Shown: positions 10,250 to 21,454 of the stretch, in pieces
How positions within the stretch are numbered: position 1 is the stretch's first letter
Layout: every line of letters starts with the position of its first letter
Origin: Actinomycetota bacterium
GTDB taxonomy: Bacteria; Actinomycetota; Acidimicrobiia; Spongiisociales; UBA4744
Direction of reading: 5' to 3'
Assembly: GCA_013152275.1 (NCBI GenBank)
Contig: JAADGS010000073.1
Span: 1-64,000, forward strand
Length of the DNA: 64,000 nt
Translations under genes and position numbers: made by a program
The notes under the pieces: model-generated
The model's input: the letters and a program-made list of their open reading frames with translations, nothing else
Told to the model about the DNA's origin: nothing
The model's database searches: none

Positions 10250-12451
10250 ATGCGCGAGCACTCCCTGACCGACTCATCGCTGCTCGACGACCTGAACCCG
10301 GTGCAGCGTGATGCGGTCGCGGCCACCGAAGGCCCGGTGCTGGTCGTGGCGGGTGCCGGGTCGGGCAAGACGAGGGTGCTCATCTACAGGATTGCCCATC
10401 TGATCCACGATATGGGTGTACCCCCTCAGTCGATTCTTGCGATCACGTTCACCAACAAGGCTGCGGGTGAGATGCGCGATCGGGCCGAGGTACTGGTCGG
10501 ATCCCGTGTGCGGGCGATGACGATTTCGACGTTCCACAGTGCCTGTGCCCGAATCCTGCGTCGGGAGGCACATCGGCTCGGCTATCGGTCGGGGTTCTCC
10601 ATCTACGACAGCGCCGACGCCTTGCGGCTCACGACCATGTGCATACGCGATCTCGACATGGATCCGAAGCGGTTCCCTCCGCGGAGCATTCGAGCGGCGA
10701 TCTCGAACGCGAAGAATGAGATGATCGACTTTGAAACCCACAAGGCGCAGGGTGCCGGGTTCTATCACGAACAGGTTGCAGACGTCTACCGCCTCTACCA
10801 GCAGCGACTGCTGGAGGCCTCTGCAATGGACTTCGACGATCTCTTGATGGTCACCGTCGAGCTGTTCGGAGCGTTTCCCGAGGTGCTCGAGCACTATCAG
10901 CGCCGCTGGCAGTACGTGATGGTCGACGAGTATCAGGACACGAATCGAGCGCAGTACATGCTGGTGAAGCAGCTCGCCGCCGGTCACCGGAACCTGTGTG
11001 TCGTCGGCGACAGCGACCAATCGATCTATGGGTGGCGGGGCGCGGACATCCGCAACATCCTCGACTTCGAGAAGGACTACCCGGACGCGAAGGTCGTGGT
11101 CCTCGATCGCAACTACCGCTCCACCGAGGTGATCCTCGAGGCGGCGAACTCGGTGATCGCCAACAACGTCGCCCGCAAGCCGAAGCATCTGTGGACCGAC
11201 CGCGGTCGGGGAGAACCGGTCGTGCGTTACCAGGCGGAGGATGAACACGACGAGGCGGCGTTTGTCGCCGAGCAGATCGGTTCCCTTGAAGAGGCCGGGT
11301 ACACGGCGTCCGATGTCGCGGTGTTCTATCGGACCAATGCGCAGAGCAGGGTGCTCGAGGAGGTGTTCGTTCGCTACGCCCTCCCATACCAGGTGGTCGG
11401 CGGCGTGAAGTTCTACGAACGCAGGGAGGTCAAGGATGTCCTCGCGTACCTGCGGGTGCTGGTCAACCCCGACGACGAGGTGGCCCTCAAGCGGATCATC
11501 AACGTTCCGAAACGGGGTCTGGGCTCCACCTCGATCGCTCACGTCGATCGTTTCGCTCAAGGCCGCGGGATCAGCTTCCACGACGCCCTTGTCGCCGTCG
11601 ACGATGAGCCACACCTGGCGGTCCGGGCCCGCAGACAGATCAAGGAGTTTGTCGCGCTACTCGGCATGCTGCGCGAACATGCCGCGGATGGGGCGAAGGC
11701 TGCGTTGGAAGCGGTACTGGCCGAGACCGGGTATCTGGCCGAAATGGAGGCGGAGCGAACGATCGAAGCGCTCGGGCGGGTCGAGAACCTGCGGGAGCTG
11801 GTGTCGGTCGTCGAAGAGTACGAGGCGGGTGCCGTGGGGACGCTTGTGGATGAGGAGGAGTGGGACGAGTTGCCGGGGCTTCGGAGACTTGAGTTGTTCC
11901 TCGAGTCGATCAGCCTCGTCACGGATCTCGACGAACTCGACGAGGGTACCGAGGCCGTAACGCTGATGACGCTGCACACGGCCAAGGGTCTCGAGTTTCC
12001 GGTGATCTTCCTGATCGGCATGGACGACGGCGTGTTTCCGCATGCCCGATCGCTGAGTGACCCGGACCAGCTCGAGGAGGAACGCAGGCTCTGTTATGTG
12101 GGCATCACCCGTGCGAAGGACCGTCTGTTCGTCACGAACGCCTGGAGTCGGATGCTGTGGGGCGGGACGAACTACAACCCGCCGAGCCGGTTCCTGACCG
12201 AGATCCCCGACTCACTGACCGAGACGATCAAGCGGGGCCGGCGGCGGCCTGATCGAAAGCAGATCAGGCCTCGTGAGACGGTCGGCGTGCTCGATCTCGT
12301 GATCGGCGACCGGGTCTGCCACGACAAGTGGGGGTCGGGGACGGTGCGGCGAATCGTCGGCTCCGGTGACCGGGCAGAAGCGACGGTCGCCTTCGACGGG
12401 ATGGGCGAGAAGCGCCTGCTGCTCGCCTGGGCGCCGCTGAAGAAGGAGTAA
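10250..12451 (+). CDS. pcrA: ATP-dependent DNA helicase PcrA/UvrD
   Basis: AGAGSGKT, VDEYQD, VGDSDQSIYGWRGA, YRTNAQSR, TLHTAKGLEF, C-terminal Tudor-like domain. Confidence 0.97.
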   Translation: MREHSLTDSSLLDDLNPVQRDAVAATEGPVLVVAGAGSGKTRVLIYRIAHLIHDMGVPPQSILAITFTNKAAGEMRDRAEVLVGSRVRAMTISTFHSACARILRREAHRLGYRSGFSIYDSADALRLTTMCIRDLDMDPKRFPPRSIRAAISNAKNEMIDFETHKAQGAGFYHEQVADVYRLYQQRLLEASAMDFDDLLMVTVELFGAFPEVLEHYQRRWQYVMVDEYQDTNRAQYMLVKQLAAGHRNLCVVGDSDQSIYGWRGADIRNILDFEKDYPDAKVVVLDRNYRSTEVILEAANSVIANNVARKPKHLWTDRGRGEPVVRYQAEDEHDEAAFVAEQIGSLEEAGYTASDVAVFYRTNAQSRVLEEVFVRYALPYQVVGGVKFYERREVKDVLAYLRVLVNPDDEVALKRIINVPKRGLGSTSIAHVDRFAQGRGISFHDALVAVDDEPHLAVRARRQIKEFVALLGMLREHAADGAKAALEAVLAETGYLAEMEAERTIEALGRVENLRELVSVVEEYEAGAVGTLVDEEEWDELPGLRRLELFLESISLVTDLDELDEGTEAVTLMTLHTAKGLEFPVIFLIGMDDGVFPHARSLSDPDQLEEERRLCYVGITRAKDRLFVTNAWSRMLWGGTNYNPPSRFLTEIPDSLTETIKRGRRRPDRKQIRPRETVGVLDLVIGDRVCHDKWGSGTVRRIVGSGDRAEATVAFDGMGEKRLLLAWAPLKKE

Positions 12452-12455
12452 CCGG

Positions 12456-12567
12456 TTTTCTCGTCAATGGGAGCGTCGATATGCGACGCCGGCATTGACA
12501 GGAAAACACCCTCCCCTTTTCTCGTCAATGGGAGCGTCGGTATGCGACGCCTGCATTGACAGGAAAA
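12456..12567. repeat. Palindromic repeat family A, two tandem 51-bp copies (12456-12506, 12517-12567)
   Basis: TTTTCTCGTCAATGGGAGCGTCG-n4-GCGACGCC(G/T)GCATTGACAGGAAAA twice, between convergent pcrA and tal. Confidence 0.9.
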
Positions 12568-12571
12568 CGGG

Positions 12572-13684
12572 CTAGGAGGCCGGCGCCGACCGTTTCTCGT
12601 CGATCGAGGCGAGGAGCTTGTGATAGGCGTCGGCAAACTTGCGCACGCCCTCGTCCTCGAGAACCTGTACCACGTCCTCGTAGTCGATACCGACCGTCGC
12701 GAGCTGATCGAGCGTCTTGACGGCAGCGGCGATATCGGTGCTCGTGAACACCTTGGGATCGGGGTTGCCGTGGTCCTGGTACGCCTCGATCGTGGAGATG
12801 GGCACGGTGTTGACCGTATTCGGGGCGACGAGATCTTCCACGTACATGACATCGCTGTAGGCGGGATTCTTGGTCGAGGTGCTTGCCCAGAGCGGACGCT
12901 GGATGTGGGCACCCTTGGCCACGAGCGCCTGCCAGCGATCTCCCGAGAATGTCTCGAGGAACGCGCCGTACGCGGCCCGGGCATTGGCGATCGCAGCCTT
13001 GCCGCGCAGCGCCAGGGCGTCATCGGTTCCGATGCCCTCGAGCCGTTTGTCGACCTCGGTATCGACCCGGGACACGAAGAACGATGCCACCGACGCGACA
13101 CGCGACACATCGCCACCGACGGCGACAAGGCCCTCGAGGCCGCCCAGGTATGCCTCCGCAACCTCCCCGTATCGATCGAGGGCGAAGATCAGGGTCACGT
13201 TGACGGAGATTCCTTCTGCGATCAGTTTCCGGACGGCGGGGATGCCTTCGACGGTCGCGGGCACCTTGATCAGCAGATTCGGGCGGTCGACCCGCTTCAC
13301 CCACCCGCGCGCCTCGGCGACCGTTGCAGTGGTGTCGTGGGCCAGGTCCGGTGACACTTCGACCGACACGTATCCATCGACACCGTCGGTGCGGTCGAAC
13401 ACGGGACGCATCACATCGCAGGCGGCCTGGATGTCGCCGGTGACGAGGGCCGTGTAGATCTCGTCGGTCGATGCACCACGACCGGCCATGTCACCAAGCG
13501 GTCCGTCGTAGTCGGCCGATCCTATGATCGCCGCGGCGAAGATCGACGGATTGGAGGTGACGCCGGTGATCGCGTCGTCGTCCATCATTCGTGGCAGGCC
13601 GGTGGGTTTGAGGAGCTCTTGGGATATGGAGTCGAGCCAGATGCTCTGACCCTGGGCGGCGACGGCGTGCAGACGTGATGACAT
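12572..13684 (-). CDS. tal: Transaldolase (actinobacterial long type)
   Basis: GQSIWLD, GVTSNPSIF, VSVEVSP, IKVPAT, NVTLIF, SFFVSRVD, RPLWAST; GGAG before ATG 13684. Confidence 0.96.
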   Translation of the reverse strand: MSSRLHAVAAQGQSIWLDSISQELLKPTGLPRMMDDDAITGVTSNPSIFAAAIIGSADYDGPLGDMAGRGASTDEIYTALVTGDIQAACDVMRPVFDRTDGVDGYVSVEVSPDLAHDTTATVAEARGWVKRVDRPNLLIKVPATVEGIPAVRKLIAEGISVNVTLIFALDRYGEVAEAYLGGLEGLVAVGGDVSRVASVASFFVSRVDTEVDKRLEGIGTDDALALRGKAAIANARAAYGAFLETFSGDRWQALVAKGAHIQRPLWASTSTKNPAYSDVMYVEDLVAPNTVNTVPISTIEAYQDHGNPDPKVFTSTDIAAAVKTLDQLATVGIDYEDVVQVLEDEGVRKFADAYHKLLASIDEKRSAPAS

Positions 13685-13936
13685 GATGGCTCCGGATCGG
13701 TCGTGTTGGTCCAACGGTAGCGGGCCACCGCTTGTTCCATGCGTGTGCGGGGTATCGATTGAGGTGCTCGGCGACCCGGTCCTGCACGTCGTCGAACCGT
13801 TCGGCGATCCAATCGACAGGTGCCGGGCCCGGGTCGCCTCGGTCGATTCCATCCTCGAGGATCGAGTCTCATGGCCGGCTCTGGTCCGGTTCGTATGCCA
13901 AACCGTGGTCTAAACTGTTAGGGAAAGGCCAAACCG

Positions 13937-15016
13937 TTGAACAACCTCGCCGTCGTCACCGGAGCATCCGGTCATCTGGGCGCCAACCTCGTTCGGCGCC
14001 TTGTCGCCGATGGGCGCCCGGTTCGGGTGGTGCTGCTTCCGGACGATCCCGCTCCGGCTCTCGCAGGACTCGACATCGAACGTGTCACGGGCGACGTACT
14101 CGATGAGGAGTCGCTGCGCCAGGTGTTCCGAGGCGCCGGCACGGTCTTTCACTTGGCAGGCATCATCTCCATCGAGGGCGGCTACGGTGGCAAAGTCGTC
14201 GCCGTGAACGTCGGAGGAGTCCGCAACGCCGCGGAAGCCGCCCTGGCCGAAGGGGTGAATCGATTCGTGCACTGCTCGTCCATTCACGCGTTCGACCCGC
14301 TGCCGCTGCGCCGAGCCGTCGACGAGCGCCGCGCCCGTCCCTCGAACGGCGGGCGTGCCGCCTACGACCGATCGAAGGCAGCCGGTGAGATCGAGTTACG
14401 CAAGGTGGTCGAACGAGGTCTCGATGCCGTGACCATCAATCCGACCGGCGTGATCGGGCCGTACGACTTCCAGCCGTCGCGCATGGGCCGAGTCCTGCTG
14501 ATGTTGCGAGCCGGGCGGCTGCCGGTCCTTCCCGACGGCGGGTTCAACTGGGTGGACGTGCGCGACGTCGCCGAGGCGCTGCTGCTCGGCGAGACAAAAG
14601 GGAGATCTGGCGAGTCCTACATCGCGGCCGGCCACTGGCAGTCGATGCGCGAGCTCGCGGAGCTGGTCGCCGCGGTGACCGGAGCGCGCCTTCCGCCGGT
14701 CATCCCGATGGGTATCGCCAGATTCGGCGCTCCCCTCGTCGGATTCGTCGATCACCGCCTGGGGAGGAACCCATTGTTCACCTCGGAGTCGGTCCGGGCC
14801 CTGCGCACCTACCGTCACATCGACCACGCCAAGGCGACGAGGACGCTCGGGTACATGCCTCGTCCGACTCGCGACACGATCGAAGACGTCTTCCGCTGGT
14901 TCGCGGAGGCGGGTGTGATCGAACGCGTGGGGGCGCCGAAGCTCAGTGCCCGGGCGTCCCTGCGAGCGTGGTGGAGGAGTGTCGGCCACGAGCGAGCCCG
15001 CCGACAGTCGGTGTGA
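13937..15016 (+). CDS. NAD-dependent epimerase/dehydratase (dihydroflavonol-reductase-like extended SDR)
   Basis: VTGASGHLG, FHLAG, HCSS, YDRSK, NPTGVIGP. Confidence 0.88.
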   Translation: MNNLAVVTGASGHLGANLVRRLVADGRPVRVVLLPDDPAPALAGLDIERVTGDVLDEESLRQVFRGAGTVFHLAGIISIEGGYGGKVVAVNVGGVRNAAEAALAEGVNRFVHCSSIHAFDPLPLRRAVDERRARPSNGGRAAYDRSKAAGEIELRKVVERGLDAVTINPTGVIGPYDFQPSRMGRVLLMLRAGRLPVLPDGGFNWVDVRDVAEALLLGETKGRSGESYIAAGHWQSMRELAELVAAVTGARLPPVIPMGIARFGAPLVGFVDHRLGRNPLFTSESVRALRTYRHIDHAKATRTLGYMPRPTRDTIEDVFRWFAEAGVIERVGAPKLSARASLRAWWRSVGHERARRQSV

Positions 15017-15079
15017 GCTGTCACTTTCACCGATCACAATGCGGGGCTCGGGGCGTCATGCAGTAACCTTCGGTTCGCA

Positions 15080-15472
15080 ATGCCACGCAGGATCCTGATC
15101 GCAAAGCCCGGCCTCGACGGGCACGACCGGGGGGCCAAGGTGATCGCTCGGGCGCTTCGCGATGCCGGCAACGAAGTGATCTACTCGGGTCTGCACCAGA
15201 CTCCCGAGCAGATCGTCGATACCGCCATCCAGGAAGACGTCGACGCGATCGGTTTGTCGGTCCTCAGCGGTGCCCACATGACGCTGTTTCCACGCGTCGT
15301 GCAACTTCTCGCCGAGCAGGGTATCCACGACATCGTTGTGTTCGGTGGCGGCATCATCCCCGATGATGACATCGCCAAGCTGAAAGACGCCGGTCTGTCC
15401 GGCATCTTCACACCGGGCACACCGCTGTCCGAGATCACCGACTGGGTAGCGAGCAACATACAAGAACACTGA
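15080..15472 (+). CDS. Cobalamin-binding domain protein (methylmalonyl-CoA mutase small subunit-like)
   Basis: [10 protein letters not shown] (DxHxxG), [16 protein letters not shown]. Confidence 0.92.
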   Translation: MPRRILIAKPGLDGHDRGAKVIARALRDAGNEVIYSGLHQTPEQIVDTAIQEDVDAIGLSVLSGAHMTLFPRVVQLLAEQGIHDIVVFGGGIIPDDDIAKLKDAGLSGIFTPGTPLSEITDWVASNIQEH

Positions 15473-15485
15473 CGAGGAGAGATTC

Positions 15486-16637
15486 GTGGACCTTCTGGAA
15501 TACCAGGGGAAGTCCTTGTTCGCCCGCATCGGGGTACCCGTCCCCGATGGCCGGGCGGCCACCACCGCCGAGGAGGCACGGGATGCCGCCCGTGAGCTCG
15601 GCGGAACCGTGGTGGTCAAGGCGCAGGTGCAGGTAGGCGGACGAGGCAAGGCAGGCGGTATCAAGCTTGCCGAGACTCCCGATGAGGCGTATGAGCGGGC
15701 CGAGAAGATCCTCGGCATGGACATCAAAGGTCACACCGTCCATCGTGTGTGGATCGAACGAGCTTCGAAGATCAAGGCCGAGTACTACGCGTCGTTCACG
15801 CTGGACCGTTCGGCCAAGAAGCATCTCGGGATGATCAGCGCCAAGGGTGGCGTGGAGATCGAGCAGGTCGCTGCCACCGAACCGGACGCGGTCGTCAAAG
15901 TGCACATCGACCCGGTCATGGGTCTGCCGAATTGGCTTGCCACCGAGATGGTCTACCGCGCCAAACTCGACCCGGGGGCCGCCCGCGGTGCCATTGCCTT
16001 GTTGAAGAAGCTCTACCAGGCGTTCGTCGAGTTCGACTGTGATCTCGTTGAAGTCAATCCGATGATTCTGACAGAGGATGGCGAGGTGATGGCGCTCGAC
16101 GCGAAGGTGACGCTCGACGAGAACGGCTTCTTTCGACACAAGGATTTTCCGGCGTTCGCCAAGGAGCACGTCATCCCGCCGGTCGAGCGAATGGCGAAGG
16201 AACGCGGGTTGAACTTCATCAAGCTCGACGGTGATGTGGGCATCATCGGCAACGGCGCCGGTCTCGTGATGTCGACTCTCGACGTCGTGTCGCTCGTCGG
16301 CGGCAAGGCTGCGAACTTCCTCGACGTCGGTGGCGGTGCAGGTGCCGACACGATCACGAACGCCCTCGAAGTCCTCATGGAGGACGCGTCGGTCAAGATC
16401 GTGTTGATCAACATCTTCGGTGGGATCACCCGCTGTGACCTCGTCGCCCAGGGTGTCCTCGAAGCGTTCGAGAGGCTCGATCTTCCGTGGCCGATCGTTG
16501 TCCGTCTCGACGGGACGAACGCCGAAGAAGGGCGAAAGATCCTTGGCAGAGTGCAGTCCGACAAGCTCGTTCCCGCGGCGACGATGCGGGAGGCAGCCGA
16601 GAAAGCCGTGCAACTCGCAGGCGGGGAGGTGGGCTGA
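15486..16637 (+). CDS. sucC: Succinyl-CoA ligase beta subunit
   Basis: [41 protein letters not shown]. Confidence 0.98.
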   Translation: MDLLEYQGKSLFARIGVPVPDGRAATTAEEARDAARELGGTVVVKAQVQVGGRGKAGGIKLAETPDEAYERAEKILGMDIKGHTVHRVWIERASKIKAEYYASFTLDRSAKKHLGMISAKGGVEIEQVAATEPDAVVKVHIDPVMGLPNWLATEMVYRAKLDPGAARGAIALLKKLYQAFVEFDCDLVEVNPMILTEDGEVMALDAKVTLDENGFFRHKDFPAFAKEHVIPPVERMAKERGLNFIKLDGDVGIIGNGAGLVMSTLDVVSLVGGKAANFLDVGGGAGADTITNALEVLMEDASVKIVLINIFGGITRCDLVAQGVLEAFERLDLPWPIVVRLDGTNAEEGRKILGRVQSDKLVPAATMREAAEKAVQLAGGEVG

Positions 16638-17515
16638 TGGCGATCATCATCGATGAAAGCACCAAGGTCGTCGTGCAGGGTCTGACCGGCAAGGAAGGTC
16701 AGTTCCACGCGCTACGCAACCGTGACTATGGGACGAATGTGGTCGCCGGAACCCGCCCCGGCAAGGGCGGCGAGGAAGTGTCCGGCATCCCGATCTTCGA
16801 CACCGTGTCCCAGGCCGTTGAGGCAACGGGTGCGAACACGTCGTTGATCTTCGTTCCGCCGCCGTTCGCTGCAGACGCCGTCCTCGAGGCCGCCGCTGCG
16901 GGCGTGGATGTGATCGTGTGTATCACCGAAGGCATTCCCGCCCAGGACGAGGCAAAGGTCTTCAACTATCTGAAGGAGACGATGCCGGACACGATGTTGA
17001 TCGGTCCGAACTGCCCCGGGCTCATCTCACCTGGGAAGTCGAACGTCGGCATCATGCCCGATTCGATCACCGCGCCAGGGAACATCGGAGTCGTGTCGCG
17101 TTCCGGCACGCTCACGTACCAGGCGGTGCATGAGCTCACAACGCACGGGCTCGGCCAGACGACCTGCATCGGCATCGGAGGAGACCCGGTGCCCGGCACG
17201 ACGTTCATCGATGTCCTGGCCCTGTTCCAGGAAGACCCGGATACCAAAGGGATCGTGATGATCGGCGAGATCGGCGGAGATGCCGAGGAGCAGGCTGCCG
17301 AGTTCATCAGAGAGCACGTCACCAAACCGGTGGCTGCCTACATCGCCGGGGTCACGGCGCCAAAGGGCAAGAAGATGGGCCACGCGGGGGCGATCATCTC
17401 CGGTTCCAAGGGCACCGCGGCCGCCAAGATGGAGGCGCTGCAGGCCGTCGGTGTCACCGTTCTCGACGATCCGACGATGATCGGTGTGGCCATGAAGGAG
17501 CTGCTCGGATCCTGA
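16637..17515 (+). CDS. sucD: Succinyl-CoA ligase alpha subunit
   Basis: [39 protein letters not shown] coupling. Confidence 0.98.
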   Translation: MAIIIDESTKVVVQGLTGKEGQFHALRNRDYGTNVVAGTRPGKGGEEVSGIPIFDTVSQAVEATGANTSLIFVPPPFAADAVLEAAAAGVDVIVCITEGIPAQDEAKVFNYLKETMPDTMLIGPNCPGLISPGKSNVGIMPDSITAPGNIGVVSRSGTLTYQAVHELTTHGLGQTTCIGIGGDPVPGTTFIDVLALFQEDPDTKGIVMIGEIGGDAEEQAAEFIREHVTKPVAAYIAGVTAPKGKKMGHAGAIISGSKGTAAAKMEALQAVGVTVLDDPTMIGVAMKELLGS

Positions 17516-17518
17516 TTC

Positions 17519-17575
17519 ACCCGTTCTCGTGACGCTTCGGCGGGATTATTCCTGTCCAGCGTCACGAGAACGGGT
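17519..17575. repeat. Palindromic repeat family B, copy 1
   Basis: Perfect 18-bp inverted arms ACCCGTTCTCGTGACGCT / AGCGTCACGAGAACGGGT with 21-nt centre; between convergent sucD and MFS gene. Confidence 0.88.
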
Positions 17576-18798
17576 CAGGCATTCTCGATCGGGCGCAGCA
17601 CGAACCAGGTGTATGCGATGCCGGTGCCGTAAAGGATCAACATCGCCACGAACAGCACGGCGAATCCCGGCCCGAAACCGAGCTTGCTTCTGATCCAGCC
17701 CGACAACAACGGTCCGACGGTCCACCCGGCCGTCCAGACCATCGCTTCGGCTGCCGCGAGCGACGGACGCCAAGCCTCCTTGACCTGTCCCATCGTGAAC
17801 TCGGCGTAGATCGGGTTGGCTGCGTTCATCAACGCCGACCGGACGAACAGCGCTATGGCGACCGCAGCGAAGCTGCCGGAGAAACCCAGCATCGCAATGA
17901 ATGGCAGTGACAGCGTTTGGACGATCACGATGCTCGCAGTCTTGCCGAACCGCTCTGCGACGATCGGTTGGAGCATCACGGCAACGGCCATGCCCAGCTG
18001 GGACCATGCGAAGACGGCACCGAGGGCTGCAAAGGACACTCCGAACTTGCCTTCGACGAAGATGTTGAGGAACGGGATGATCAACCCTGCACCGAGACCG
18101 ATGAAGATGTTTGGCACCAGCAGGATCAGGATGATCCTCCTGGCGGGGCGAGGAATATGCCACAGCTTGCCCCCTATCGGTTCCGCCGGCCTGACTTCGG
18201 TGAGCTTCCAGAGGGGGAGCGCGGTGATCAGGTAGAGCACTGCGGCGACCATGACCGTCCACTGAATTGCCTGGAGGCTCTTCGGATCGAAGCCGCCGAT
18301 CCTGGCGAAGAACGACGGGAGCCAGCCACCCGCGAGGCTGCCGAAGAACCCGGCGACGAGGTTTGCCGCGAACTGCGCCGAGAACAGGTACGTGCGGTTC
18401 GCCTGCGGTTCGAGTGCGGTCATCAGTGGGCTCGGCACCACCCAGAAGGCCATGCCGCCGAGCCCGATCAGGAAGATCGACATCATCGCGGGCACGATGC
18501 TGTGTGAAAGGGACAGCCCCAGGAGACCCAGACCGGCGGCGAACGCTCCCATCCGCATCATGCGCACGTACCCGGTGCGTTCCGAGAGGCGAGCCACGGG
18601 GAGGGCGAGTATGAGGGCGACGAGGTTGGGCACGGCGTTGGCGATGCCGACCATGGTCTGGGAGAAACCGAGGCCCTCGAACAGGAAGTTCAGCAGCAGC
18701 CAGGTGACGCTGAACGAGAAACCCCACAGCGTCGCGGCGACGAGGAACCAGCGCGAATCACGCGTGAACGATCGAACGTGGGTGATTGCTCTGAGCAC
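17575..18798 (-). CDS. MFS transporter
   Basis: About 12 hydrophobic segments; ARLSERTGY and IVAERFGK motif-A-like loops; GTG start 6 nt after TACCAT. Confidence 0.85.
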   Translation of the reverse strand: MLRAITHVRSFTRDSRWFLVAATLWGFSFSVTWLLLNFLFEGLGFSQTMVGIANAVPNLVALILALPVARLSERTGYVRMMRMGAFAAGLGLLGLSLSHSIVPAMMSIFLIGLGGMAFWVVPSPLMTALEPQANRTYLFSAQFAANLVAGFFGSLAGGWLPSFFARIGGFDPKSLQAIQWTVMVAAVLYLITALPLWKLTEVRPAEPIGGKLWHIPRPARRIILILLVPNIFIGLGAGLIIPFLNIFVEGKFGVSFAALGAVFAWSQLGMAVAVMLQPIVAERFGKTASIVIVQTLSLPFIAMLGFSGSFAAVAIALFVRSALMNAANPIYAEFTMGQVKEAWRPSLAAAEAMVWTAGWTVGPLLSGWIRSKLGFGPGFAVLFVAMLILYGTGIAYTWFVLRPIENA

Positions 18799-18820
18799 CG
18801 GCGCATGGTAGATACCCTCC

Positions 18821-18928
18821 TTTCTCGTCAATGCCGGCGTCGAATGGCGACGCGTCCATTGACGGGAATTCAGCCTCTCTTTTCTCGTCAATGCCGGCGT
18901 CGAATGGCGACGCGTCCATTGACGAGAA
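18821..18928. repeat. Palindromic repeat family A, two tandem copies (18821-18868, 18880-18928)
   Basis: TTTCTCGTCAATGCCGGCGTCGAATGGCGACGCGTCCATTGACG(G/A)GAA twice with 60-bp period; between divergent MFS and lemA. Confidence 0.9.
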
Positions 18929-18981
18929 TCTTGAAGGGGGTTCTCGTAGACTCGTGGAACGTCACCAAAGCGAGGGAAACC

Positions 18982-19524
18982 GTGACCGTGTTCATCATCA
19001 TCGTTGTCGCGCTTGCCGTGTGGTTCTTCGGCATGTACAACAGCCTGGTCAAGCTCCGGAACCGCACCGACAACGCGTGGGCGCAGATCGACGTGCAGCT
19101 CAAACGTAGGTACGACTTGATTCCCAACCTCGTCGAGACGGTCAAGGGGTATGCCGCTCACGAGAAATCCACCTTTGAACAGGTTGTCGCCGCCCGCAAC
19201 CGGGCAATGGCCGCGAGCAGTGTCCAAGAGAAGGCCCAGGCCGAGAACATGCTGACCGCTGCCCTGCGGCAACTGTTCGCGCTCGCCGAGGCGTACCCGG
19301 AACTCAAGGCGAGTGTGAACTTCTCCGAGCTTCAGGCCCAACTCACCGACACGGAGAACAAGATCGCGGTTGCTCGCCAGATCTACAACGACTCGGTGCT
19401 GAGCCTCAACAACCGGGTTCAGACCGTTCCGTCGAACATCGTGGCCGGAATTGCGGGGTTCGAGACGCGTGAGTACTTCGATGCACCCGATGAGGCCGAC
19501 CAGGCCCCTCAGGTGAGCTTCTGA
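18982..19524 (+). CDS. lemA: LemA family protein
   Basis: N-terminal [46 protein letters not shown]. Confidence 0.95.
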   Translation: MTVFIIIVVALAVWFFGMYNSLVKLRNRTDNAWAQIDVQLKRRYDLIPNLVETVKGYAAHEKSTFEQVVAARNRAMAASSVQEKAQAENMLTAALRQLFALAEAYPELKASVNFSELQAQLTDTENKIAVARQIYNDSVLSLNNRVQTVPSNIVAGIAGFETREYFDAPDEADQAPQVSF

Positions 19525-19526
19525 TC

Positions 19527-21374
19527 GTGCGCCGAATCGGTGTCGTCACACTTCTGGCGGCCCTTGCCGTCGCCGTCCTTGCCGGTCCCGCCGCGGCCAG
19601 AGGATTCGACACGACGCGCGCCGTCGTCGAGGTGCAGGTGCAGACCGATGGATCCCTTCTCGTGACCGAACGCATCACCTTCGACTTCGACGGCGCATTC
19701 GGCGGCGCCTATCGCGATATTCCCCTCGGCCCCGGTGAGGAGATCGTCGACGTATCGGTGTCGGAAGACGGCACCGTCTATCAACCTGGTGCGTCCGCAG
19801 AACTCGGTTCCGCCGGCGCTCCCGACACATTCGGCGTCGTACGGCAGGGCAACCTCGTACGCATCGTCTGGCACTATGCCGCAGCCAACGAGCAGCGTAC
19901 GTTCACGGTGTCATATCGCTTTCTCGGGCTGACCAAAGCCTATGACGATGTCGTCGATGTCAACCTCCAGGTGTGGGGCGACCAGTGGAAAGGCGGACTC
20001 GACTCGCTCACTGCGACGATGACCCTGCCCGATACGCCGTCCGATGTCCGGGTGTGGGGGCATCCAGCGAGTGTCAACGGTTCAACCTCTCTCGGCGCGG
20101 GCGGCGCCTCGCCCACACTCGAGGCGAGCGGAATCCCGGCCCAACAGTTCGTCGAGATGCGCGTCGTGTTCCCACGATCCGCCTTGAGCTCGACATCCGG
20201 CGCGACCGAGATCGCAGGGGACGGCTTGCCACAGATCCTCGCGGAGGAGAAGGCCGAAGCAGCTCGCGCTTCTCGCGATCGAGCCGCGATGCGCTTCTTG
20301 GCCATCGCCCTCGTGGCCATCACGTTCGTACCCGCACTGGGCGCCGTCGCCTGGCTCTACCTGCGCTACGGTCGAGAGCCGCGAGTCGACTATGACCGTG
20401 AGTATGAGCAGGAACCGCCATCGGACGATCCGCCGGTGATCGTCGGTGGGCTTCTCTCCCAGGGAACGGTCGGTATCCCGGAGTTCACCGCAACCATGTT
20501 CGATCTGATCCGTAAAGGTGTTCTGACTGCGAGGCCCGTCACGATCGAGCGCAAGACGTGGGGTGGCTTGCGAACCGAGCAGATCTCCGACCTGGAGATC
20601 GGACTTGGTGACACGAGCATGGCACTGACCGCCGCAGAGCGCCCCGTTGTGACGGTGATGAAGAGAGTCCTTGCCTCGGGTCCCCAGCCGCTGACCGAGT
20701 TCAGAGATCTGATCAGAGAGGACGCTGCGGCGAATGCCGAGACATACAAGGTGTTCCAGAAGGAAGCCAGAAAGGCGTTGATCCGTCGAAGGCTGCTGGA
20801 CACCTCCGGCACCAAGCCGATGTGGGTCATCGGCGGTGTCATGTTCGGGCTGATCTTCATCGGGATGTTCGCGCTTGCCCCACTGTCGGAGAGCAGGTGG
20901 GGGTCGGTCCTCGTTCCGGGTCTGCTGCTGGCATTCTTCGTCAACTCGACCATCCTCGGCGTGTTTGCCGTCGCCAGGAAGGGTTGGGTGAAGCGCACCG
21001 GCGCGGGTGCGCAACTGGCGGTTCGTTGGGAGGCGTTCCGGCGGTATCTGCAGGACTTCAGTCGTCTCGAGGAAGCGCCGGCGATCTCCCTGACTCTATG
21101 GGATCGTTACCTCGTCTACGCGGTGGCGCTCGGAGTCGCCGAGGACGTCCTGAAGGCGGCCCGGTTGCAGGCGCCCCCGGAATTGGAGCAGCAGAGCAGT
21201 CTGTACTGGTACGGAACCCAGGGGTACTCCGGTGGACACAGCACCAACGCGCTCGCCGCTGTTGGGAGTGCTCTGAGCGGTGCGTTCGCCGCACCCTCGT
21301 CGTCCGGCGGGGGAGGGGGTTTCAGCGGCGGCGGAGGTGGCGGCGGCGGGGGTGGTGGCGGCGGCGCCTGGTGA
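19527..21374 (+). CDS. DUF2207 membrane protein
   Basis: Signal peptide, DGSLLVTERITFDF, central TMs, WEAFRRYL/WDRYLVYAVALG, Gly-rich GGGGAW tail; usual partner of lemA. Confidence 0.88.
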   Translation: MRRIGVVTLLAALAVAVLAGPAAARGFDTTRAVVEVQVQTDGSLLVTERITFDFDGAFGGAYRDIPLGPGEEIVDVSVSEDGTVYQPGASAELGSAGAPDTFGVVRQGNLVRIVWHYAAANEQRTFTVSYRFLGLTKAYDDVVDVNLQVWGDQWKGGLDSLTATMTLPDTPSDVRVWGHPASVNGSTSLGAGGASPTLEASGIPAQQFVEMRVVFPRSALSSTSGATEIAGDGLPQILAEEKAEAARASRDRAAMRFLAIALVAITFVPALGAVAWLYLRYGREPRVDYDREYEQEPPSDDPPVIVGGLLSQGTVGIPEFTATMFDLIRKGVLTARPVTIERKTWGGLRTEQISDLEIGLGDTSMALTAAERPVVTVMKRVLASGPQPLTEFRDLIREDAAANAETYKVFQKEARKALIRRRLLDTSGTKPMWVIGGVMFGLIFIGMFALAPLSESRWGSVLVPGLLLAFFVNSTILGVFAVARKGWVKRTGAGAQLAVRWEAFRRYLQDFSRLEEAPAISLTLWDRYLVYAVALGVAEDVLKAARLQAPPELEQQSSLYWYGTQGYSGGHSTNALAAVGSALSGAFAAPSSSGGGGGFSGGGGGGGGGGGGGAW

Positions 21375-21381
21375 CACCCGC

Positions 21382-21430
21382 TTTCCTGTCAATGCAGGCG
21401 TCGAATGCCGACGCTTGCATTGACAGGAAA
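21382..21430. repeat. Palindromic repeat family A, single copy
   Basis: TTTCCTGTCAATGCAGGCGTCGAATGCCGACGCTTGCATTGACAGGAAA between convergent genes. Confidence 0.88.
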
Positions 21431-21454
21431 CTCATTTCTGCCGGCCGTACGACG

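Noticed and set aside
12456..12567. Tandem 51-bp repeats (also 18821-18928) as CRISPR or IS ends
   Set aside because: Only two units with 10-11-bp gaps, no unique spacers, no transposase and no clear target duplication
21300..21374. G-rich low-complexity tract as a regulatory repeat or G-quadruplex
   Set aside because: It encodes the normal poly-Gly tail of DUF2207 proteins
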